From Octopus sinensis (Eukaryota), in assembly GCF_006345805.1 (NCBI RefSeq), contig NC_043001.1, positions 6,634,001-6,698,000 of the forward strand: a stretch of 64,000 bases of DNA. Reading direction: 5' to 3'. Position 1 is the stretch's first letter. Each line of letters starts with the position of its first letter. The notes below the pieces were generated by a model, which did not search any database, was not told where the DNA came from, and saw only the letters and a program-made list of their open reading frames with translations. The position numbers and the translations under genes were made by a program. Positions 51,882 through 64,000 of the stretch are shown one piece after another.

Positions 51882-53745
51882 ACTTCCAAGATACTGTCAA
51901 CACAGTTGCTGTATGTAGGAATCATCCCAGTCACTGAAGATCCAACTCATAGCTGCCAGGAAGAATCTTGATGAGGCTTACTTGAACGCCGAGGTCGAAT
52001 TTATCAATGGCAAAATTAGTAAACTATCGAAAGAGCACATTAGTAAAAAACACCATCTCGCCTGGAAATCCATCAAAGACCTATCAGGCAAAAATTCTGG
52101 GTCATCAATTAGAATTAAAGGGGGATCAGCTAAGAAGCGTTTAGAAAATTGGTCAACCCATTTTAAAAACCTCCTTGGGGAGAATGCCAAAATCCCTGAT
52201 AACCCCACTCTCCCAAGTGGGCCTATATCAGACACGCTGGACATCAACAGCTCCCCTTTTACCATATTTGAACTAACAGCAGCCACCAAGCAACTAAAAG
52301 CCTCGAAAACATTTGGTCCCGACAACATTCCGGCTGTGATTTGGAAGGATGATAGATTTCACACACTTTTGCTTAACCTCTGCAACAACACACTTTCCAC
52401 CTTTGTCGCTCCAAAGATTTGGCACCAATCTCAAATCATTCCAATACCCAAAAAAGGCGATTTGTCACCAACTACAGGGGCATATCTCTAATGTCAATTG
52501 CTGCAAAACTGTACAACAAACTGATCCTAAATCGTCTTCTCCTTTTTGTTGAACCTTTGCTCCGAAAGAACCAAAATGGATTCAGACATGGGCGCTCAAC
52601 GCTGAGCCAGATACTATGCCTGCGCAGACTTATTGAAGAATCAAAAGCATTTAATCGCGATCTTGCAATGGTATTTGTAGACTTTGCTAAAGCGTTCGAT
52701 TCTGTAGATAGGTACAAGATGTTTGAAATCCTTAAGCTCTATGGGATACCAGACAAAATTATTTCTGCCATCAAGGTCCTCTACACAGATACGTCTTCAA
52801 CCATCTTAACCCCTGATGGAGAAACATCATCTTTCTCGATCGAGGCCGGAATACTGCAGGGAGACACACCTCGCCCCATTTCTTTTCATCATTGTTGTTG
52901 ATTATGTGCTACGTATGTCAGTTGATACCATCTCTGGCAAGGGCTTTGAAATAAAACCAAGAAGAAGTTCCAGACACCCAGCTGAGTACTTGACAGACAC
53001 TGACTTTGCTGACGACATCGCTCTTATCAGTGATTCTCTCTCCAATGCCCAGTCTCTTTTACAATCTCTTGAACAAGCCTCAAATTGTGTAGGTCTTACC
53101 TCAATGAGACCAAAACTGAATACATAAACAAGTGCCTGTCCAACAGTGATTGCATCATCCACACTCTCAACAGTGCACCTTTAAATATGGTTTCTGATTA
53201 TAAATATCTTGGGTCATACATATCATCATCTGGAAAAGACTTTCTAAGTAGAAAGGGTATGGCCTGGTCAGCCTGTAATGACATGCATAAGATCTGGTCA
53301 TCAAATCTAACTAGAGACTTCAAACTTGAAATATTCAAAGCCACAGTCGAACCAATCCTACTATATGGCTCAGAAACCTGGACGTTATCAAAGAAGCTTG
53401 AGAGGCGGTTGGATGGAACCTACACTCGCCTCCTTATGAGAGCTCAAAATCTCTCGTGGAGGCGCCATCCAACTAAAATGTGTCATCTCTTGTGAAAGGT
53501 AGGACAGTCCAGTTTGCTGGACATTGTTGTAGAGCTGAAAAGGAAGTAATTTCTACTCTTCTCCTCTGGAAGCCATCTACTCGCAACACCAGAGGGCGCA
53601 CACTCTCCTACCCTGATGTAATCTCCAGAGATACAGGCATCCAGCAACAGGACCTCCGTAATGCTATGATAGACCGTGAAGTCTGGCGCAACATGGTAAA
53701 TTCCATTGTCTCGACCACGGTCGAACAATGATGATGATGATGATG
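51882..53745 (+). mobile_element. 5'-truncated RTE-clade LINE, RT to 3' end, with a few frameshifts
   Basis: GPDNIP, NYRGISL, QNGFR.GRST, FVDFAKAFDSV, GILQGDTLAPFLF, FADD (53005-53016), YKYLGS, ILLYGSETW; stop codon at 53729-53731 runs directly into a (TGA)n tail. Confidence 0.92.
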
Positions 53746-53929
53746 TAGGAATTGGATAAAAAGCTATTAACCTAACGAGTTCGTCCCTTCCAGAGATTCG
53801 AATACCCGAAAGGAACGAAAGCACTAAATAAATGATATGTATAAAATCCGTAAACCACCTTATACAAATTATACATACACACACTCACACTAAATGTCTC
53901 TGTTATACGCATGTGCATGTGTTTATATA

Positions 53930-53960
<31 letters not shown>

Positions 53961-53961
<1 letters not shown>

Positions 53962-54468
53962 CTAGCAGTGTCGCCCGGCGTTGCTCGGGTTTGTAAGGGA
54001 AATAACTATATAAGCATTTTTAGTGAGTTATAGCAAAAAAATAGCAAAAAGATGCATTAAAAATGGAATAAAAAATTATGGTAATTTTGGTGTCTTCAAG
54101 CCATGAAGTCGTTGTTCTAAAAGAACGCTGGTCTCCTTGACAACGCTTTACGACGTTGATTTCCTTACACTCCCTTCCCCACAGCTTCACGAGGGAGGGA
54201 AGAAGGGGGAGAAGCAACACAGGTGCAGGTGTGACCATGGACGCCAACTCCGCCGCCATCGACACACGAAAAAATATGCGTTAAAATGGAAAACAATGAT
54301 GTTAAATTATTTTTAAAATCGTAGACTCATCGTAGACACGCGCTAATACCCAGACAGGCTTGATATGAATCCCGACTATAAGATACCCGAATTTGGTTAA
54401 ACTGCACCGCAAAATGTAGGAGAAGTTAGGAATCTAAATCGAAGGAGACAGACACTCACACAACTACA

Positions 54469-54480
<12 letters not shown>
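53961..54480 (-). mobile_element. Non-autonomous Helitron inserted in (TA)n, longer variant
   Basis: Same termini as 18069-18450 (hairpin cccgagcaacgccggg + CTAG|T); shares the aaatcgtagactcatcgtagac...aggagacagac block. Confidence 0.7.
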
Positions 54481-54523
<43 letters not shown>

Positions 54524-54569
54524 GCCATGATTGAGCGCTATCTGCAAAATTTTTTGTGTTATTCTCTCT

Positions 54570-54720
54570 CTATTTCCTCGTGTTCCTTTCTGTTGGAGAA
54601 CGTTGCTTCGAAACGTAAAATACTTTCTCACTTACCCCCTTACCCCGAGCGTCAAACTAATACACCTCCTTGTTGTTTATAGACCTGTCTTCGTCACTTG
54701 TTTTTCTGTAAATTCCAGAC
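54570..54720 (+). mobile_element. Repeat family H, second copy with decayed hammerhead-like motif
   Basis: cctttctgttggagaacgttgcttcgaaacgtaaaatac...gagcgtcaaactaatac...cctgtcttcgtc is colinear with 14040-14160. Confidence 0.55.
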
Positions 54721-54855
54721 AGACAGACACACACACACACACACACACATACACACACATATGTAAATATATATATACTGTTAATATAGGATGAAATTCT
54801 TTTCAGAATAAATTTCATCAAAAATAGCAGCATATTAAAATACCATTAAAGGTTA

Positions 54856-55165
54856 AAATTATAAAACAAGGGCAAAAGAAAAATTATTTCCATGCCAATA
54901 TGCTGATAACAGACTTTAAGTCGTCAATTTCCACATATTATTATACACTCACTATAAATACACGTCGTGCCGAAATCAGGAAGCTAGTCGACATAATTTT
55001 CTCTTAAAATTTGTTTAGAAATAAAATTCTGCTGACTAGCTTCCCGATTTCGGCACGACGTGTATTTCTAGTAAGTGTATAATAATATGTGGAAATTGAC
55101 GATTTAAAGTCTGTTATCAGCATATTGGCATGGAAATAACTTTTCTTTTGCCCTTGTTTATAATT

Positions 55166-55166
<1 letters not shown>
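54856..55166. repeat. Near-perfect long hairpin: ~133-bp arms, 44-bp spacer
   Basis: 54856-54989 is the reverse complement of 55034-55166 with about 5 substitutions and 1 indel. Confidence 0.92.
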
Positions 55167-55251
<85 letters not shown>

Positions 55252-57399
55252 GAGTATATGTGCAGAGAATGAAACGCAAATTCATACGTGCAAACAGGAG
55301 GATAGTATTATCTTCGAAGGTCTTCTCTCAAGTGATACATGTTAAGGGATTTTTTTTTTTTCTTCTTCGCGTATTTCTTGTAGGTTTATTTTCGCATTTG
55401 ATGTATTATTGTTTGTGGATTAACAGTCCCAAGTCTGAATATTTTCCTGGAAGGAATTATCAGGTTACATTACTTCGTGTATAAAAATTATTCTTAATGT
55501 GGTGAAAACTCTGAAACCAAACGTGATAAAAGTTGAGTTAGTGTGTTCAAGAAAGTCCCCACTGGTTGAAACAAACTGAATACTCTCATCTATAAACGTT
55601 GATGATGTCAGAGTGGGGGCTCTATATATATAAATATATATATATATCAGATATTCAAATGGATGAAATTTGTGAGATTATAATGTATTGCCCAATATAT
55701 CATTGTCTTTACTGGATAAATGCTCTGGTAAACTGACTTAAAGATTGTTGTACGCAGATATTTACCCACGATATATTCCTTCAGTTAAATATTAAATTTC
55801 TCTCGTTGTTTTGTTGGTCACGAGTGGTATGTATAATGTTCTCTCGCTCCTACTGATCGAAACAAAAAATTATTTTTATATCACTAAAGTCGGGAACAAA
55901 TAAAGAATTTGATGCTATGTGCTTTTCTATACAAGATGGCATTTAGCCATATTTGCAGTGTTGCGAATACCTCGAGTAGGAAATCGCCACATTACATGAA
56001 GAATATTAACTTCAATCGCAAACGTCAGAAAGTTTGGAATTCTAAAACACAAAACATAATGGAGAGAGAACTGCAGGAATGATATATGTAAATAACCCAA
56101 TATTTCATTTGTATTCAAACAGCCAGCAGCACAAAGAGTAATTAAACACGGGTTTGGAAACAGTATCACGTCTAGAAATGACATCATTTTCAGATATTCT
56201 GAACTGTTGAATGCGTAACAATAAATAAAGTATTGTTTGCTTCCGTTATCATAAGAATATGATGCGGCTAAGTACACGTGACCGAGACTAGATTATGTTT
56301 CCTTTTAATGTGGAAGAGATTTGATGTTTGAATAATTATTTCGAAGAAGTAAAACAGCTGCGCATAACTGTCTTCGTACCGATAAATATTCAGATCTTTC
56401 CTAGAAATATGGATCATATAAGTTCCATTTTTATTAAAACTTGCAAAGTAATCTTGGCCATAAAATAACGAAATAATTGTAAGGCACCAAATTGCTGATG
56501 TTTTAACGTCGTAAACGTCGTCTTGGTTTGAGGAGTCCAGGACCAAAATTCCCTTAAATAACTAATCAGAGCACTGCCATCATTCAGTGTATTTCGTCAA
56601 GATATTAACAACATTAGAAGATAAGAAATGGGAAAAAGGCCGCATCAAGTTTATAGTATATACTAAGTTCATATCAGACAATTTCGCTTGCTCTCAGGTT
56701 ATAAATCCTGCTATATTATTTATAGTAAGAATTATGATTTATTGTAAGTTGTATCCGATATCATTTTTTTAAAAAACAAACAAGCCTTAGTAATGGTCAT
56801 GACGATCTTGGTGATTTCTTCAGAAATATCGAAACTAATGTCTTAAAACGTGAAGAAATATCGAATTATAATTTACTAATGTCAATGTGTTATTTGGTAT
56901 AATAAAATTATTTTTGATAATTATAATTGGAAAAAAATTTTCTGATGCCGAAAGGTCGTTTAAGTCATTAAGAAATAATTTAATTCTCTGTAAGGCGAGA
57001 AACATTCTACAAATTAATTATTCCACCCACCTGTTTGAGAATATTACGAATGCAGTTCATAATGTGCATTAGGGCAATTTAGTGACAAGAAATATATTGA
57101 GATTGGCAGCGTCGTGGTTAGAGTTTTGTGCAAAAGTTCAATGATAGAAAATATCTCTATAATGAGTTCGAATAATGCAGCAGCTATTTCTCAAGTAGAA
57201 GCTAGGAAGAAAAGAAGGAAAATATTTTGTGTTTTCCTGATTCTGGTAAAGTTAATGTGAATAATTTAGAAGAATACTATTTGCCGTGAGTGGTTTTAGA
57301 GGGTAAAAGTAAATCGAGAAGTGAATTTTTTTATTCCAAGACAGTTATTAACAATTCTGATTTGGGAAAACATTTTTCTGGAAAAATAATCTAACAAAC

Positions 57400-59250
57400 C
57401 CTCTCATATTCATGAGGACCTATGTAAATACCTTACCATCGAATGTCATCTTGTGAAATCAGTGTCGTAACAAAAGGAAACAGAGTTTATTTATAAGATT
57501 GGTTACTGCAAAAGTGTAGTTGAAAGTTTTCCTTCAATAAAGGATTTTATTTACATATGTGTGAAACGCACACGTTTTTGTTGCACAATAAAGCACTTAT
57601 TTGTTTACAAAGGTGCTAAACTCCACAGAGAAACTGGTATCTGGGTCATTCGGATAAATAAAAAAAAGAAATTCATAGAGAATAAATTGTCATATCTGAT
57701 TCAAAAGTTACAGATTGAAGATTTAGTTTCGAAACATGATTTGTTACTCGAGGTGGAAACAACACAGCAAAATAAGTTTCATTTGAACGTGGAAAGTATA
57801 AGTAATTAAACAAAATCGACCAAGGGAGATGAGATCTCATTATTTTGATAATAATGTTCTGTTACAGACGATGATAAGAATAACATTTTCCTCAATATGC
57901 GAGGATAAGCCTAATGCTGCTCTCTCGGTTATGTAAGAGAAATTCTGTCTATTTGAATATGTATTTCGAAAGGAAATGACGACGTGTAAGTGTCTATTCA
58001 CCGATAAATATTTTACGATGGGACTATATTATTGAACTCGATTGCCGAGCTCACTGACTATTTCAACACTTTGTTATCAGCAAACAGAATTTGTAGTCAG
58101 AGCATTATTCTTGCCATGCGTTATGGAAATCTGATTCCAGACAAGTGAAACTTTTGCATTTCAGATGAAATAAAATTACTTTGCGTTATATGCCAGCAAC
58201 ATGTTTGTGATATGTCTCCGATAAACGATTAAATTTACCAGGCAGAGTCTTTATGTGAATGAATAGAAAGAAATTCCCACCAGAATACACAGAAATTTAG
58301 TCAAAGGTGAGATTATTTGCAAACAATATGAATGCCAATATAAATAGAAAATAGTTACCAACTATGGCTTAGCAAATGAAACAAACTTCAATGCATAATG
58401 TCATTTAAAGTTCTCTTTGAATTATTCAAGTTAGACGAAGTCCAGCTATTCCAATACAGAATAGTACATTTCCAGACAAAGGTAATACGCGCCTAAGTTG
58501 CATGGCAGAAATTTACACGGAATTATGTGAAGTAAATGTAGGATGTTCATATGTTCTGGTAATATACAATGACGGAGAATGTATAAAATATTGATGGATT
58601 AGTTTGGCTATATTTTTGTCATGTGATATGTAAAATAGAATAATTTAGAGGAGCTTTTGCGACCGTTCAAAACACTCTACGAGAATTATGAACATAAATC
58701 TTCTCATTTGAACGTTGTAATCTCTGAATTCACTAAAGAAATAAACAAAAGATAAAAAAAAAACAGCATGAGATTGAATGTAATCTAGAGAAAATCAGCC
58801 GAAAACGAAAACGATTTTCTTGCCGTGATGATCAAAAATTCCAATAGATCAATGAACGAGTGAATCATTCTTGATCATTTTCCATTTCCAATTTGAACCA
58901 AACAAATGTTATCTCATGTTGTTTCAAGTTTTTCCTTGCAAAGGAATCCATCCTTAATGTTTTTACTTGTATCTCGGAAGGTTTCTCAGTAAGATCGAAC
59001 CTCAATTGGTAACGCTTGCTTGGAACGGTATCAGCAAAAATATGACGGAGTAACTTTACTAAATGTTTAGAAAAGATTTGGAAATAAATTATATCCTGTT
59101 ATAACTATTCTTTTGGTGCCCCTCTGGAACAGAATTCTAGTGGGTTGGAGATATCGCATCACACTATTATCTTATAAAGTTTCTAAGAATGCAATTTAGT
59201 CATAACACTTTTCGCAAATTCCATAAAAATCTTGGAGCCGGCCGTGGAGT
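57400..59250 (+). pseudogene. Probable ancient hAT (Buster/Charlie-like) transposase remnant
   Basis: Ordered, broken motifs across frames: EKFCLF, EMTTCKCLF, WDYIIELDCRA, LWLSK, TRLSCMAEIYTELCEVN (cf. EEFLFC, TTxxDIF, W.....TDGA, RWLSRG, RLAYLADIFxxLNELN). Confidence 0.35.
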
Positions 59251-59677
59251 CAACAGATGAAAAACAAGATGAATATATTTTGTTTGTATGTCAGGAATAA
59301 GATTATGGTTTGTAATATGTTCAAAAGTTGTTATCCGTTCTTAATAAATTTTCTAATTCGTTGGTGTAAACGATTTGTGGTAGCATGGTTTTATTCCAAG
59401 TGTAAATGTTATTAGATAAAATGTGATTAATTAACGATTGGGAATGGGAAAATAAGTGGAGGCGGCTGACAATTACAAAAATGGGAACTTGCGACATTCC
59501 ATTGATGGAAATGGCGAACACACTGAGAATTATAAAACCAATTTTTATGCCTTTGAATTTGTTTATAATTTATGACTTTCAAAAATACTTCTCGTTTAGG
59601 ATTAGTTTTAACAATCACGGTGTAATTAATATCTTATGGAAATTAAAGTAATTATGGAATTAAAGTAGACTATAAGA

Positions 59678-60088
59678 TCAGTGGGGTTGCATCGTAAAAG
59701 TTTGTTTCCCAACCACATAATACTGGGTCTAGAACCTCTGCATAGCACTTTAGGCAGATGGCTTCTACAGAAACCCTCAGGCAGACCAAACCCTTGTCAG
59801 TGGAGTTGGTAGCGGGAAACTGAAAGAAGCCCGTCATATGTGTGTGTAAGTGCGTGTGCATTTGTGCGTGATTATGTTTATCCTCACCACCGCTTGACTA
59901 CCGCTGTTTGTGTGTTTACGTCTCCGATAGTGTTAGCATTTAAGCACTGAAACCAGATTGTATAATTATTGAGAATAAAAGACTATAATAGTGGGGTCGA
60001 TTTATTCGACTAACGAATCTTAGAGGTGGCGCTCAGTCACGACCGCAATCTAATGACTGAAATAGAGAAAAGACGAAAAATCAAAAGA
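59678..60088 (+). mobile_element. SINE family B, full length, diverged
   Basis: tttcccaaccaca head, ggaaactgaaagaagcccgtc, accgcttgactaccgctg, ggggtcgatttattcgactaa, tail aatgactgaaa. Confidence 0.8.
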
Positions 60089-60089
60089 C

Positions 60090-60612
60090 GAGTGACTGTG
60101 TAGGAAGAAGCTTGCTTCCCAACTACACAGTTCGGTGTTCAGTCACATTGCTTTGGCAACTTAGGCAAGTGTCTTCTACTATAGCCTCGGGCCGGCCAAA
60201 GACTTGTGGGTAGATTTTTAGACGGAAACTGAAAGAAGCCCATCGTGTATATATATATATATATAAATATATAGGTGAGAAAGTTGGTGTGTGAAAGCAC
60301 GTGGTTGAATATATACAAAATAGTAAAAAGTGAAAAAACTACAGAAGGCTTGTTTTAAAAGGTTAAAAAATATATACGTAAGAAATTTGAAAAGCTGAAC
60401 GCGAAACCGGTCATTTCTTCAAAAACTATGTCATTGTATGAAAAAAATTTATAACATTCTTCTGACATAATGACCGTCTATTGACAACCAATGTTGATTT
60501 GTTTACTTTTCCATCACTAGAGATTCGGCAAAAAGGGACCGATAGAATACGTACTTGGCTTACAAAGAATTAGCGTGGTCGCCGTCAGAATACTGAAACA
60601 AGTAAAAGTACA
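60090..60612 (+). mobile_element. SINE family B with a nested Helitron-like segment (~60255-60478) in its microsatellite
   Basis: Head gaagcttgcttcccaactacac...gaaactgaaagaagcccatcg; insert homologous to 35073-35230; tail ttgacaaccaatg...ctgaaacaagtaaaag. Confidence 0.75.
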
Positions 60613-60714
60613 AAACAATTTATATGCAATGAGAGGTGGGATAAGAAAGAGAGCATAAGATGATAATTGCGTGCGCGCGTGCGTGTGTGTACGTGTGCGA
60701 GCGTGTGTATTCAT

Positions 60715-61496
60715 TTATTTTTCTACATGTTTCATCCCTAAGGCATTGGCCATGCTGGAGCACCACCCGTGTAATCACCCTTTGAATGGCCAATTTTATG
60801 TTATTTGCTTTTGGTGAAAGAGGGATTCCAACTTCACTGTTTTGAGTCTTTTTCCTTGATGTAGTTTCATGTGGGACCGTCGATAGTATGAGGTCAAAAT
60901 GTATCTCGAAAACATCTACTCCTACTCCATGAAGACCCCCCAGGTGTCTTGCATGGCGTTAAATAGCTGTGGGCCATTGAATCCCAAGCTAATGCTGTTC
61001 ATGATCTTCACTTTAGATAGAATAGCTGGGACTTTTGGAACAAGACGGTGACGTCCAGTCCGGGGACTGGTATAGATATCGATACCAAAGTTTGGTTCCA
61101 GCCCACCCCAGATTTTTCATACATATATCACTGCACACGTGTCACGTCTTCGCTCCAGAGACTAGAGTCGTAGCTCTTTGAGTCTCTCACAGTAGCTCAG
61201 TGGTTCCATCGATGCAATTTCCCTGATGTAACACTTTTTATCTGCCTCAAGTTCTGTATTAAGTTGACACTCTAGGGTGATCACATTTGACAGCAGTAGT
61301 TGAGACGGCTGAGAACAAATATCCTCCATAACACCAAAATAGTTTCCTGGTCCCTTGTTCTGGAGGTCCTCAGAATCCATCCGGCCTTTCGCTTACACGC
61401 TACCACCATCTTGGTGATATACTTGTAAAACGAGGTACCGTTGTTCATATCAGTTCCCAGATCACGAAGCCTTTCTTCCCCACACCGCATATACAT
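60715..61496 (-). pseudogene. CR1-clade LINE 3' fragment including the 3' end
   Basis: LRDLGTDM, CKRKAGWILRTSRTRDQETILVLW..VLSRLNYC, SYCERLKELRL*SLERRR, PNFGID, LGFNGPQLFN, then 3' UTR ggtggtgctccagcatggcc...gaaacatgtagaaaaataaa. Confidence 0.85.
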
Positions 61497-61572
61497 TCTC
61501 TTTTTAAAGTTCCTGAAAATTCCACATATACTTTGCGTTGGTGTCTCATTTCATTCAAGACACGCACGCACA

Positions 61573-61658
<86 letters not shown>

Positions 61659-62487
61659 TACTCCGGACATAGTGATAGAATGTTTTAATGTGTCAGATTT
61701 TTTTCAAACATTTTACGTTTGTGAATAACATGAGTCACTGAGTTCAGAAATTCTGTGGATTTCGACTGCGTAAGTCAGTTATATACGAAACACTAGCTAT
61801 TATATGTTCTTACAAATTAAATTAGGAATTTCGACTCATAAATGCATAATTATTTGAGGAAGACACTATTCTTTGAAATGTCTTCGATATATTCTTTAAA
61901 ATGAACATTTATAAAATATTAAAGGACAGATTTGATATAAATATCAGGCAGATCATTCCATTTTCTGAGAACACATATATTTCGAACATATGGTTACCAA
62001 CAATATGTTTTTATAGACAGTGAGACAATTAATGCTCTGCGTATACAATTTAAATGAACATAAATATAAGACTATGTCAGTTTTGACGTTGATCTCGTTT
62101 ATTTAATAGGAATTTATCTTTTTCACACTGTGTTACTTGTCAAAACACGGCATTTAATTCTAATAATGTAAAAAATATTTAGTTTACTGTCATAGATTAT
62201 ACTGAGAAGAGAGCTTAAGCCGAAATAAATTGAAGAAAATGCGGTGTAGATGTTAGTTCCAAAATCTGTATGGTTCACACATGGCATTGTAAAATATAGT
62301 TTCCATATAAAATCGTGACAACTGAAGAGTTTAACCTATATCTGATTGAGGAGGTAAACTTAAACAAATTTATAAGGAATCCTTAAATGATCACCTGCTA
62401 TCATAAGCTAAACCTTATTCTCAGGTGCAAGGTATATATTACGAAATTATGAACACGATGCATTGACGAATGCCTTATCCAATGTGG

Positions 62488-62871
62488 AATGAAAGTACTC
62501 CGTCGGTTACGACGATGAGGGTTCCGGTTGATCCGAATCAACGGAACAGCCTGCTCGTGAAATTAACGTGTAAGTGGCTCAGAACTCCACAGACACGTGT
62601 ACCCTTAACGTAGTTCTCGGGGATATTCAGCGTGACACAGAGAGTGACAAGGCCGGCCCCTTGAAATACAGGTATAACAAACAGGAAGTAAAAGTGAGAG
62701 AAAGTTGTGGTGAAAGAGTACAGCAGGGATCACCACCATCCCCTGCCGGAGCCTCGTAGAGCTTTAGGTGTTTTCGCTCAATAAACACTCACAACGCCCG
62801 GTCTGGGAATCGAAACCGCGATCCTATGACCGCGAGTCCGCTGCCCTAACCACTGGTCTATTGCGCCTCCA
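62488..62871 (-). mobile_element. SINE family C, full length
   Basis: tRNA head ggcgcaatagaccagtggttagggcagcgg...ggtttcgattccc; 12-bp TSD cttatccaatgt at 62474-62485 and 62872-62883. Confidence 0.92.
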
Positions 62872-63045
62872 CTTATCCAATGTAACTGTTGGATGTTGCT
62901 CTCCGTTTCTTATCACAGCTCAAGAGAGAGCGAGGTGCAGTCTCTTTGAAAGACTGTAATGTTTCCATAAGGATTTGACAGGTAAAGAACTTTGCTTCTC
63001 AGCCGATTTGGCTTAGGTCCATCGGCGTGGCATTTTGAGTATTTG

Positions 63046-63460
63046 TTTCTTTATTACCAACAAAGGGCTAAACACTGAGGGGACAAACAAGGACAGACAA
63101 ACGAATTAAGTCGATTACATCGACCCCAGTGCGTAACTGGTACTTTATTTATCGACCCCGAAAGGATGAAAGGCAAAGTCGACCTCGGCAGAATTTGAAC
63201 TCAGAACGTAACGGCAGACGAAATACCTATTTCTTTATAACCCACAAGGGGCTAAACACAGAGGGGACAAACAAGGACAGACATAGGTATTAAGTCGATT
63301 ACATCGACCCCAGTGCGTAACTGGTACTTAATTAATCGACCCCGAAAGGATGAAAGGAAAAGTCGACCTCGGCGGAATTTGAACTCAGAACGTAATGGCA
63401 GACGTAATACCGCTTAGCATTTCGCCCGGCGTGCTAACGGTTCTGCCAGTTCGCCGCCTT
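63046..63460 (-). mobile_element. SINE family A head-to-tail dimer
   Basis: Full copy 63226-63460 plus 5'-truncated copy 63046-63225, junction gacgaaata|cctatttc; perfect 18-bp TSD tggcattttgagtatttg at 63028-63045 and 63463-63480. Confidence 0.93.
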
Positions 63461-63699
63461 AATGGCATTTTGAGTATTTGCTACTATAACCGCGGGTCGA
63501 TCAAAAACTTGTGAGTGGATTTTGCTGACGAAAACTGAAAACAAACACCTCGTATGTGTGTGTGTGTGTATGTGTGTGTGTGTGTGTGTGCGTGTGTGTG
63601 TGTGTGAGCTTGTGCATGTGTGTGTGTGCGTGTAAGAGAGAGTGTGTTTCTGGGCGAGGAGTACAAATATAATTGGCAATTCGCCGATTACTACGACGA

Positions 63700-63850
63700 G
63701 TGACACCGATAATGTGATCAACGAAACAGCCTTCTCCTGCAATTATTAACTTGCAAATAAGTGAACACTCCATGCACACACGTGTTCTTAACGGAGTCCT
63801 CAGGGAGGTTCAGCGTAACACAAGATGTGACATCGCTGGCACTTTGAATT
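63700..63850 (-). mobile_element. SINE family C 3' fragment, diverged
   Basis: gatcaacgaaacagcc...cacgtgttcttaacggagtcctc...cagcgtaacaca. Confidence 0.6.
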
Positions 63851-63904
63851 AGCGCTGTCACTCCTTGTGCCAGATGAGTAGACTGGAATATCATTAAATA
63901 TAGT

Positions 63905-64000
63905 CCTTTCTACTATTGGCTCAAGGCCTGAAATTTTAGTGGACGGGGTCAGTACGACGCCAGTACGTAACTGGTACTTATTTTATCGACCCCTAAATGA
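63905..64000 (-). mobile_element. SINE family A variant tail, cut by the window edge
   Basis: caaggcctgaaatttt...ccagtacgtaactggtacttattttatcgacccc. Confidence 0.7.

Noticed and set aside
53775-53825. Hairpin ttcgtccctt...gaaaggaacgaa with partial inverse match at ~5405-5425
   Set aside because: Too short to define a family or an RNA gene from this window alone

Overview
AT-rich, microsatellite-saturated eukaryotic non-coding DNA (intergenic or deep intronic). I found no host protein-coding exon, rRNA, intact tRNA or CRISPR array; almost all ORF-track entries are translations of (TA)n/(CA)n/(AAT)n repeats. Composition and the SINE repertoire suggest a cephalopod (octopus-like) genome; this is inference and was not checked against a database. 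The window holds one near-full-length but frameshifted R4/Dong-type non-LTR retrotransposon (RT + zinc knuckle + restriction-like endonuclease), a 5'-truncated RTE-clade LINE, two CR1-clade LINE fragments, several decayed Penelope-like (RT, GIY-YIG) remnants, a DD37D-type mariner transposase fragment, a probable hAT remnant, non-autonomous Helitrons, MITE/foldback inverted repeats and about 25 copies of four tRNA-headed SINE families (my labels A-D). The most unusual signal is a set of hammerhead-ribozyme (HHR) motifs in small non-coding repeats. These include a tRNA-headed SINE (family D, 3 copies) with an HHR core in its 3' body and a foldback 5' hairpin seen in two loop orientations, one HHR with an intact core and a ~110-nt stem II insertion, and a CUGUUGA-core variant family. 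Two SINE-A dimers, each bounded by a single target-site duplication, share the same junction. SINE-B shares its 3' tail with the resident CR1 LINE. SINE and pseudogene boundaries are approximate.
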